Positions 1 through 9,373 of a DNA stretch of 64,000 nt are shown piece by piece (the stretch's first letter is position 1; every line of letters begins with the position of its first letter). Origin of the DNA: Octopus sinensis (Eukaryota); the NCBI RefSeq assembly GCF_006345805.1, contig NC_043005.1, forward strand, positions 102,238,001-102,302,000. The letters are read 5' to 3'. A model generated the notes under the pieces. It was given only the letters and a program-made list of their open reading frames with translations. It did no database searches and was not told the DNA's origin. A program made the translations under genes and the position numbers.

Positions 1-753
1 CCCCAGGTTCACCAGTTTCGGTGGCCGGGAGGACTGGTATAATCGCAGATCGAAGTTGGGTACGTGGTATACGGAGTGTCGCAAGGCACTCCGACTATTC
101 CGTCGCTCGGGTAATGCCTGCGGCAGTGGTTCTACCGCTGTGTTTTATAGAGGTTTGTAGAGGCCGGTAACGATGATACGCTAGGGGAAGCCCTAGGTTT
201 CGACGATAATCAGCTGGCCAGTCTGTTCCAAAGTACATTCGGGCCGAAGACACTGGATAATTTCCAGAAGTCTTTGGCTTGGCAGTGCTACCGAGGAGCC
301 TTACCTGTTCGGGACAAGCTTGCAAGGCACGGTTGCCAAGTCAGCCCGACCTGTACGAGGTGTGGGCGAGAACGGGAAACCGTCTCGCACGCGATCGTGC
401 AGTGTTCGGGGGTGAAAGATATGTGGGATTGTGCCGAACAACTAATGTCAGGTGAACGAAGAGTACAGCTATCAGCCGAATCTATTGTAAAAATCAGCCC
501 ACCTGAATTCTTAACGAAAGAAGGTAAGTTTTGTTTTCTCGCCGTGGTTTCAATTGCGAAACAGGTAGTATGGAAGACAAGGATGAAAGGAATGATAACA
601 GGCGACTTCATCTCTGGTTCAAGTCTGGTGGAATATTTTAAATTCCACCTAAAAAGACATATAGAACTGGAGAGAAGGAGCCTGAGTAAGAAAGTGTTTG
701 ATGAAAGATGGAAAAATGTGGAGAGTAAAAGATCCCTCACAAATGTGAGATAG
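1..753 (+). CDS. ORF2 C-terminal fragment of copy A (zf-RVT-like region), partial and frameshifted
   Basis: ORF 274..753 matches the C-terminus of ORF2 in the other copies. Confidence 0.85.
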
Positions 754-979
754 GAAGGAAATAAGGAAACCACAAGGCTAAGTGTCGTGGCGGGGAGCAT
801 GGGGTCGCGGACCCGCCCCACTGCATCTTGTATTTTGTTAATTGTATCTATTGTGTAACCATTCGATTTATTTTTCATTTCCGATTTTTAAACCGACCCC
901 AAATGTTCATAATTATTTTTTTCTCATCATTCGTGATTGTATGTATTCTCTATGTCGCCCCTAGTGGGTAATAAAGAAA
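1..979 (+). mobile_element. Tx1/L1-clade LINE copy A, 3' part (runs off the window start)
   Basis: Near-identical to 5405-6371. Carries the ORF2 C-terminus (CTRCGRERETVSHAIVQC, stop at 751-753), the 3'UTR, AATAAA at 970-975 and a gaaa tail. Confidence 0.93.
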
Positions 980-998
980 TTGGCATGGCTTGTCCGAT
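980..998 (+). repeat. Target-site duplication, left of copy B
   Basis: ttggcatggcttgtccgat matches 6372-6390 at 18/19 positions. After it the sequence switches to the 5' end of copy B. Confidence 0.85.
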
Positions 999-1212
999 AA
1001 TTAAGTATTGAACTTTTACCACGTGAGTTTTTTCAGTGAAATATTGTTGTTGAATTTGTGTTAAAACCTGTTTAAATTGTCTTGTTAAAAAATTGTTTGA
1101 ACTGTTGCTGGTTTTGAACCAGGAAAACTTTGTTTTCCCCTCCTCACGGAGGGGAACTGCTGTACATTGAAACACAGGAAAAAAAAAAAACACACACACA
1201 TTCCACGGAAAA

Positions 1213-2768
1213 ATGAACAAAAATACTTGTTCAAAAATGTCAAAAAATGATGACGTAGTAGGTTTGCCTACACCAAAAAATGTGAAAATTGCTGAAGAAG
1301 CTAAAATTGCGGAAGGTGTGACTTCCAATGAAGCTGTGAAAACAGCAAAAGTGAATGAAGGTTCGCCGGTTAAAAAAGCTGTGAAAACGGCTAAAGTCGC
1401 GGAAGGGTTGACTTCCAACGAAGCTGAGAAATCAGCAAATGTGTGTGACAAACCAAGTGAAAAAACCAAGATGTTTAACTTCGCTGCCGCTGCTGGTGGG
1501 AAGACAGAGGAAATAAAGATGGAGGAGGAGGAGTACGAAAAGTTTTAAAAAATGTTTAAAAAAGAGGGAAATAACGCGATAGCTGCCCTCCCACAAACAA
1601 TTAAAGAGGAAACCGAGAAAAGGACGATAATTTATAAATCCTATATAAAGAAAAGAAAATTGAAAGGATAACCAAAGACCAAGCTGAGAAATGCCTTAAA
1701 CCAGTGTGGAGTGATATGGACTACGTTACGTGGGGGAGAAAGTTTGCAACAATAGAGGTGCACTTCAGAAATGAAGAAACGGCAAAAAAACACTCCCTAA
1801 CACCAATAAAGACGGAGGAAATAATATTATTACCCTCGTATTTAGGAAGGAGAACCACAAAAATCAGAGTGGAGGACGTGCCGCCACAGGTCGACGTGAG
1901 GTGGTTGCTTCCAGCACTGTTAATGGGGCTGGAAGAGAAAATAACAGTGATAAACATCAGAAGAGTGATAAAGGAAAACTGGAGAGGACAAGCATTGCAC
2001 GTGGCGGTGCAAGCAACCCCGGAGGCAATGGAGGAAGTTCCAGAAGGAATATAATTTTGGGAAGAAATTAACTTGCGGGTGGTGGTGGAGGGGCGAAAGC
2101 CACGTTGCTACGGATGTGGCGAGATAGGTCACATCGTATGGAATGCCCCACCAGCAAGAAAGAGGAAGAAAGAAAAAAGACAGAAGAAGAAGCAGAGAAA
2201 AAACGGAAGAAGAAGAAGAGAACGACTTCACAACGGTGAGGCGGAAGAAAACGCCAAAGAAAGAATGCGGACACAAGCCCAACCAACCCTGGCACAATCA
2301 AAAAGAAATCCAACTCTCAGGGGGAAAACCATCCCCACCCAACCACAGTTCCCCACAAAAAGAGAAGCCCCCACCCACCCATCCACCCCCACCCCTCAGT
2401 GCCAAGCATTACCCCTCCATTTCAACCCCCTCCTCGTGTTCCTCCCCATCATACTCCCCGGGGTCCTCCCCATCACCCCCACAAAGCCCACAAAAAAGCA
2501 GATTTACAAAAGCCCAAATAGTATATGCGGCAATAGACAAAAATAATGACCGACTTAAAAGTGGAATGGGAAATATCCCAAGCGCAGAAAGGGTGAAAAC
2601 CACAGAAATCTACAAAAAAATGTAGAAATTTATAAATTGGACTTACGGAACTTTAACATGTTAAATGCACAGTTCGCAGGGGACATAAAGGGTCCGCGAC
2701 TCGAAGTGGACGAGTCACTGATTAATGCGGACTTCCCCGCCACGATCACCAAAGGAAAAACGGAATAA
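1213..2768 (+). CDS. ORF1 of copy B (gag-like nucleic-acid-binding protein with CCHC zinc knuckle), frameshifted in this sequence
   Basis: Joined from ORFs 1213..1548, 1704..2054, 2073..2546 and 2143..2625 by comparison with copies C and D. The knuckle reads CYGCGEIGHIRMEC in copy D, followed by acidic and Pro/Ser-rich segments and ending GKTE*. Confidence 0.85.
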
Positions 2769-2777
2769 AGGTAAGTA

Positions 2778-5700
2778 ATGTCTCATATTCGTGTAGGGTG
2801 TTTGAATGTGCGTGGCCTGATGCAGAGCTGGAAGCAAGGGCGCTTCCTAAATGACATCAGGTCACGGGATTTAGATGTTGTCGTTGCCACAGACACCCGG
2901 TTAAAGGGGCCAAGAGATCTGCTCCCGCTGTTCGACGGTTACGAGAGTGTCATCTCTCCGAACCCGTCGGTCGGCGGAAGCGGGGTGTTGGTCCTGTGTA
3001 AAAGGAACCGGGTTTCTGAGAAAAAGTTGATTTTTACGGATCCGGAAGGTAGGCTGGTCGTCATTGAGTTGACGATCAGTAGCCGTAAGACAATCAGGCT
3101 GGTTGCGGTTTACGCTCCCCCCGGTAAGGGGAAAAGTGATTATTATCGGAACCTGGAGAAGTTTCTGAGTACATCGTGCCCAGTAGTAATGTTAGGGGAC
3201 TTCAACACAATCTGCGATGTGCGGGTAGACTGTGAAGGCTCGCGAACAGACAGAAAAGGAAATACTTGCTTCCTGGATCTACTAAGACGTTTTGAGCTGG
3301 TAGATCCATATAGACTGGAACATCCGGGCACTCCACTGTGGACGTGGTCAAATAGCGACGGATCGGTAAAGTCATACATAGACAGGATATTAATTTTGAA
3401 GGTAGATAAGAACCTAGTTAAGAGTCCACAACTCCATATAGTCAGCTACAGTGACCACAAGATGGTCACCTGTAAGCTAGACGTAGATAAGATAACTAGA
3501 GGTCCTAGTTACTGGAAACTTAATACGTCCCTTTTGGCGATTAAGGAGTACAGGGACAGGATTAGGTTAATAATCCAGAGGGCCATGACCGGCTCCATTT
3601 GTAACAACAAATGGTGGTATGCCCTTAAGCGAGCCATAAAATATGAGTCCGTTAGATATAGTACTAATCTTGTAGCTAGAGAGGCTAGAGAGGTAACTAC
3701 ACTAGTTAAGGACTTAGAGGAAGCAATGCGAACTGGCAATGCAGACCAGGTGAAGGTCAAGAGACTGGTTCTTAACCAGCACCTCGAAGCCAAACACATG
3801 GGTTGCATTGTCAGGGCTAGACAACGTACGATGGGGAGCGAAGGAATCAAGGCTGCAGGATGGGCCCGAGTGGTGGAAGCCCAACGTGGCAACGATGCTA
3901 CAATTCGATCTCTGGCGAACCAACAAGGTAAGTTGACAGACGAGCCCGAGGAGATGTGTCAAGCTTTTCAGGACCACTTCGCCCAGCTTTTCGGGGGGAG
4001 CGGCGGACCGGATAGGGGGAGGGACCTTGCGGACCTCCTCGACGGGCTGCCGCGCCTCTCGGGGCAGGATGCGAAGTGTAGTGAGGAGCCGATCACACCT
4101 GGGGAGGTAATAGAGGCCATGGCGGACTGCGGTGCGGGTAAGGCGCCGGGACTGGATGGTCTACCCTACGAGCTTTATAAAAGTATGCCGGACTTTTTCG
4201 GGGACTTAGTGACGGGCGTCTACGCAAACTGGCAGCAGAATGGGTTTATCCCCAGATCTGTGCGCCGGGGAGTGGTGACGCTAATCAGGAAGGACCAGAG
4301 CAAGGGGGATGTAATAGATAATTTCAGGCCCATCACTCTGCTTAACGCAGAGTTGAAGATTTTGGCCAAAGTGTTATCGAACAGATTGGCGCGTGTCGCG
4401 AATGGACTGATTGGGAAAGCGCAAACGTGCGCCGTACGGGCAGAGCCATTCAGGATAATCTCCATCTTATTAGATACACGATAGAGGGAATAAATAACGA
4501 TCCCGGCAAGGGGGGGCAGTGGTCCATTTAGACCAGTCTAAAGCGTTCGATAGGGTCGACCATCACTACCTGGTGTCCGTTCTGGCTCAGTTCGGCCTAG
4601 GTCTTGGCTTCCTCAGGTGGATCATCGAAATGTATGACAACGCCGACTCGGTAGTTCAGGTGAACGGCTTTCTTTCTAAGCCGTTCAAGGTCAAACGCTC
4701 GGTTCGCCAGGGATGTCCGCTCTCCCCGCTTTTGTATGTAGTGGCCCTGGAGCCGCTGCTGCGAAGACTGAGCGGCATCCCGAGGCAACCAGGACGTGAT
4801 ATGTCGGTTTCGGCGTACGCGGATGACATCACTATCATCGTGACTGAAGTGGACCACCTACGTAAAGTAGGCAAGACCATTGAGGTTTACGAGACGGTGA
4901 CAGGAGCAAAAGTTAATCGTGAAAAGTCGGTCGGCTTGCAACTCGGCACCTGGAGAGGCAAGTCGATGCCTCCAGACAGCGTCGTGGGACGTTGGACGGA
5001 GGGCCCGATTAAGTTGCTCGGGGTTTGGTTCGGTCCGGACCTCCAAATAGAGAAGAACTGGAGCGAGGTATCGAGCAAGGTGGCTGCAATAGTCAAGATT
5101 TGGTCTTGGCGGTGGTTATCCTTGAAAGGTAGGGCGGAGGTGGCCAATGTGTTTATAGCATCGGTGATCACCTACCGCCTTGCCGTCGTGCCTTGCCCGA
5201 TTCGTGGTTGATCAAGTTGGAGAGACAGCTCTTTCGCTTCTTGTGGAAGGGCTCGAAAACGCTTGTGAGACGCTCTGTCTGCTGTCAAAAACCGTTACAG
5301 GGTGGACTAGGGATGCCGTGGCTAATGATGCGCAGAAATGCGCTGAGACTAAGGCACCTGTGTCTCCATCTGGGTAGTGAACGGGTGTGGTCTCCGCTGG
5401 CGAAACAGATGTTCCCCAGGTTCACCAGTTTCGGTGGCCGGGAGGACTGGTATAATCGCAGATCGAAGTTGGGTACGTGGTATACGGAGTGTCGCAAGGC
5501 ACTCCGACTATTCCGTCGCTCGGGTAATGCCTGCGGCAGTGGTTCTACCGCTGTGTTTTATAGAGGGTTTGTAGAGGCCGGTAACGATGATACGCTAGGG
5601 GAAGCCCTAGGTTTCGACGATAATCAGCTGGCCAGTCTGTTCCAACGTACATTCGGGCCGAGGACACTGGATAATTTCCAGAAGTCTTTGGCTTGGCAGT

Positions 5701-6166
5701 GCTACCGAGGAGCCTTACCTGTTCGGGACAAGCTTGCAAGGCACGGTTGCCAAGTCAGCCCGACCTGTACGAGATGTGGGCGAGAACGGGAAACCGTCTC
5801 GCACGCGATCGTGCAGTGTTCGGGGGTGAAAGATATGTGGGATTGTGCCGAACAACTAATGTCAGGCGAACGAAGAGTACAGCTATCAGCCGAATCTATT
5901 GTAAAAATCAGCCCACCTGATTTCTTAACGATAGAAGGTAAGTTTTGTTTTCTCGCCGTGGTTTCAACTGCGAAACAGGTAGTATGGAAGACAAGGATGA
6001 AAGAATGATAACAGGCGACTTCATCTCTGGTTCAAGTCTGGTGGAATATTTTAAATTCCACCTAAAAAGACATATAGAACTGGAGAGAAGGAGCCTGAGT
6101 AAGAAAGTGTTTGATGAAAGATGGAAAAATGTGGAGAGTAAAAGATCCCTCACAAATGTGAGATAG
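2778..6166 (+). CDS. ORF2 of copy B: APE endonuclease, reverse transcriptase and C-terminal zinc finger; four 1-nt frameshifts
   Basis: APE motifs GCLNVRGL, VYAP, GDFN, SYIDRIL, SDH. RT motifs KAPGLDG, FRPITLLN, LDQSKAFDRV, RQGCPLSP, YADD. C-terminal CTRC...HAIVQC. Confidence 0.93.
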
Positions 6167-6371
6167 GAAGGAAATAAGGAAACCACAAGGCTAAGTGTCG
6201 TGGCGGGGAGCATGGTGTCGCGGACCCGCCCCACTGCATCTTGTATTTTGTTAATTCGATTTATTTTTCATTTCCGATTTTTAAACCGACCCCAAATGTT
6301 CATAATTATTTTTTCTCATCATTCGTGATTGTATGTATTCTCTATGTCGCCCCTAGTGGGTAATAAAGAAA

Positions 6372-6708
6372 TTGGCATGGTTTGTCCGATGTTACAGATA
6401 TCGGACGGGTATGTTTGATTCTTAGTATTTTCAAATCTAAATCAGAAGAAATCTCTGAGCTGATGAAGGAAAAGTGGCGTTTTACCCACAAATCCAGAAA
6501 CAGACTGTCCTCGGGTATCGTATATGGATGTGATCTTTCATTGTTTTTCCCTTATACCTATGTGAGTTATTTTCTGAGTATTTTCTGAGTATGCATTGTC
6601 TGGAGACTTTTATTGTTGAGTTGAAGAAATAGCCATATTTTGGCTTGCTATTCTGAAAAGTTCGGTGTGTGGTAAAGTGAATTTTTTTACTTTACCATTT
6701 TTTATAAA

Positions 6709-6714
<6 letters not shown>
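6372..6714 (+). mobile_element. Target repeat downstream of copy B: hammerhead-bearing Penelope pLTR-like tail
   Basis: The same sequence recurs at 51873-52281 (minus) and 62205-62545. It contains a hammerhead motif, then a T-rich region, and ends in (TA)n. The Penelope assignment is an inference. Confidence 0.7.
6454..6515 (+). ncRNA. Type I hammerhead ribozyme motif (variant)
   Basis: Stem I tctgag/ctcggg; CTGATGA; stem II GGA..GTGG/CCAC..TCC; GAAA; stem III ACAG-A-CTGT; GUC cleavage triplet. There is an extra A on each side of stem II. Confidence 0.72.
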
Positions 6715-6745
<31 letters not shown>

Positions 6746-6838
6746 TTTTATACATATATATATATGCATATATACATATATGTATTACATACATGTACAT
6801 ATTATATACGTATGCACATACACACACACCCACATGTG

Positions 6839-6880
<42 letters not shown>

Positions 6881-6942
6881 ATATATCTATCTATCTATCT
6901 ATCTATCTATATATCTATCTATATATCTATCTATATATCTAT

Positions 6943-7005
<63 letters not shown>

Positions 7006-7016
7006 ATATATATTAT
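6714..7016. repeat. (TA)n / (TCTA)n microsatellite block
   Basis: Direct reading. Confidence 0.95.
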
Positions 7017-7309
7017 CCCATGAGTACACCTTATTTTCCCACTTAACTTATTTATTTCCTTCTACTTTTATTTGTTTAATCTTTATTGCACTCCCTTTCT
7101 TTCTGTCATCTTCTTGTATTAAAACCTTCTCTTTAAGATTTTTAAGCATTTATATACTCTTCACTTTCCTTCTTTTAAAAATTTTAATTTTACTTTTATT
7201 CTCCAAGATAATTCCATTATGTTTTTCTTACACGCTTTCTTTCGTTTTACATATTTTCAATCGTTGGAAATTTCTTTTCCCGATCTATTCACTTCGATAG
7301 ATACTTTTC

Positions 7310-7700
7310 ACTCACCATCGTCGTCGTCATCATCATCATTCCCTCCAACATCATCATCATCATCAACAACAACCCTCATTCTCTTCAACACTCCTGCTCT
7401 ACCTCCTCTACTCCTCTTCTTTAATGTTTCATTTCATCTTCATCTCTTTCATCTTCCTTTTCATCTACTTTTTTTTATCTTTCCATTTCTTCTTCATTCT
7501 CCTCGCTTTCTTCTTATTTTTCGTATCCTTTTTTCTTCCTCCGCCACTTCTCCTCGTCCGCTCCTCTATCTCCTCCATCTCCTCCTCTCCTTTGCTTCTT
7601 CTTGTTCTTCTTCTTGTTCTTGTTCTTCTTGTTCTTCTTCATCATCATCCTCATCATCATCATCATCATTATCTTCTTCTCCTTCTTTTTCTTCATCTTC
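7310..7700. repeat. Pyrimidine-rich trinucleotide low-complexity tract (TCA/TCT/CCT)
   Basis: Direct reading. It explains the poly-S, poly-L and poly-F pseudo-ORFs. Confidence 0.9.
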
Positions 7701-7783
7701 TCCTCCTCCTTTTCCTATTCACCTTACTCTTCCTACTCCCCCTACCTCCACACTTTTCACTTGCTATCCACTTTTGTTTTTCT

Positions 7784-8193
7784 TATTTCTTTACTACCCA
7801 CAAGGGGCTACTCACAGAGGGGACATTCAAGGACAGACAAACGGATCAAGTCGACTATATCGACCCCAGTGCGTAACTGTTACTTATTTCATCGATCCGA
7901 AATGATGAAAGGCAAAGTCGACCTCGGCGGAATTTGAACTCAGAACGTAACCGCAGACGAAATACCTGTTTCTTTACTACCCGCAAGGGGCTAAACACAG
8001 AGAGGACAAACAAGGACAGACAAACGGATTAAGACGATTATATCGACCCCAGTAACTGGTATTTAATTTATCGATCCCGAAAGAATGAAAGGCAAAGGCG
8101 ACCTCGGCGGAATTTGAACTCACAACGTAACGGCAGACGGAATACCGCTGAGCATTCTGCCCTGTGTGCAAACGATTCTGCCAGCTCGCCGGC
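7784..8193 (-). mobile_element. tRNA-derived SINE family 1: full copy plus head-less copy in tandem
   Basis: Repeated block tttctttactacccacaagggg...gacctcggcggaatttgaactc. B-box-like gagttcaaattcc on the minus strand. Junction at 7966/7967. Confidence 0.88.
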
Positions 8194-8725
8194 TTATCTT
8201 CTGTCTTTCTTTCACATTGTTTCTTTTATAAATTATTTCTCAATCCATCCAGACATTATTCCTTCTCACTATTCCGTTGAAGATTATGGTCATATATATT
8301 TTGTTTTAAACAGAAAAAACGCACACATTTACATACACACGAACACACACACGCAAACACACATACATACACGCACGCACAGACACACATAGAAAGTAAC
8401 TTTATCTAAAGGAGTGGAAAGTAGAATATTCTGTAAGTTAGACGGACTCATGATCTCGGCAGACAAAATGGAAAAGGCGAAGGAGATGAGCAGCAACAGC
8501 TCACTGTGACTCACCAGGCTTGCACATGCGAACAGATATCTTCACTAGGCTAAAGGGTGAACAGCGTCACGGACCGGGGTCTGAGGTTGCCGGAGGTCTG
8601 CACTGCCACAGGCTCCTACTCTTCATTCTGACAAACTTGCAAAGACGTATCCACACAAACACACATACAAGAACGCATATACAAACGCAAACACTCACAC
8701 ATGGGGATACATACATACATACATA

Positions 8726-8811
<86 letters not shown>

Positions 8812-8820
8812 GCTATCTAC

Positions 8821-8874
<54 letters not shown>

Positions 8875-8881
<7 letters not shown>

Positions 8882-9060
8882 GGGCAGGCAACAGGTTGCT
8901 TGGCCTCATACCGAAAAAATTAGAAATGGCAGCCATAGACTGTTTATTTCTATTTTCTACAAATAGTCCCATTTGTAGAAAATAGAAATAAACAGTCTAT
9001 GGCTGCCATTTCTAATTTTTTCGGTATGCAGCCAAGCAACCTGTTGCCTGCCCCTTTTAT
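8875..9060. mobile_element. Fold-back (near-perfect palindromic) element next to (TA)n
   Basis: Arms of ~90 bp (8875-8964 and 8971-9060) around a 6-nt loop agtccc, with only a few mismatches. Confidence 0.85.
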
Positions 9061-9197
9061 TTATATAGATATATATATACTGAATTTTACAGAAGTTCTA
9101 CCGTTAATGGTTATATTTACATGCCGAAATCTACCAGTAAATAATTGTTAGTTTGTTAAAAACCATTAAAGAAATTATTTACTCTTCTTCTTCTTCT

Positions 9198-9235
<38 letters not shown>

Positions 9236-9240
9236 TATAT

Positions 9241-9373
9241 ATAGCCGAGGGATTTAAAATTAATCAAAGGACATACTAAGTATGTCTACCTGTTTGATAG
9301 AGTTTTAACTGTTATTTCCAGCAGGTAGACATAATTAGTATGCCCTTTGATTAATTCTAAATCCCTCGGCTAT
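9241..9373. mobile_element. Fold-back element with ~52-bp inverted arms next to (TA)n
   Basis: atagccgagggattt...tctacctg (9241-9292) versus caggtaga...ccctcggctat (9322-9373), 3 mismatches. Confidence 0.82.

Larger units (their letters stand above)
999..6371 (+). mobile_element. Tx1/L1-clade LINE copy B, apparently full length (~5.37 kb)
   Basis: 5'UTR, ORF1, 9-nt spacer, ORF2, 3'UTR and AATAAAgaaa, flanked by 19-bp direct repeats. The two-ORF APE-RT-Zn layout is that of the L1/Tx1 clade. Confidence 0.93.

Noticed and set aside
288-1469. Long minus-strand ORFs 288..878 and 927..1469, and their counterparts at 3509..3892, 52515..52967 and 54688..55155
   Set aside because: They are antisense shadows of LINE ORFs with no recognisable motifs, and their lengths differ between copies.
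6382-6588. ORF MSDVTDIGRV... recurring in all three target tails
   Set aside because: Short, its C-terminus differs between copies, it has no domain similarity, and it overlaps the hammerhead. A GIY-YIG tail could not be recognised.
6372-6714. Target being a U2/U1/U5 snRNA, tRNA or rRNA gene, as for some Tx1 families
   Set aside because: No resemblance to those RNAs or to Pol III A/B boxes.
6764-7905. Many long ORFs made of [12 protein letters not shown], poly-S or poly-F (also 13300-13900, 22640-22990, 46870-48350, 50390-50940)
   Set aside because: Products of microsatellites and low-complexity DNA that lack stop codons.
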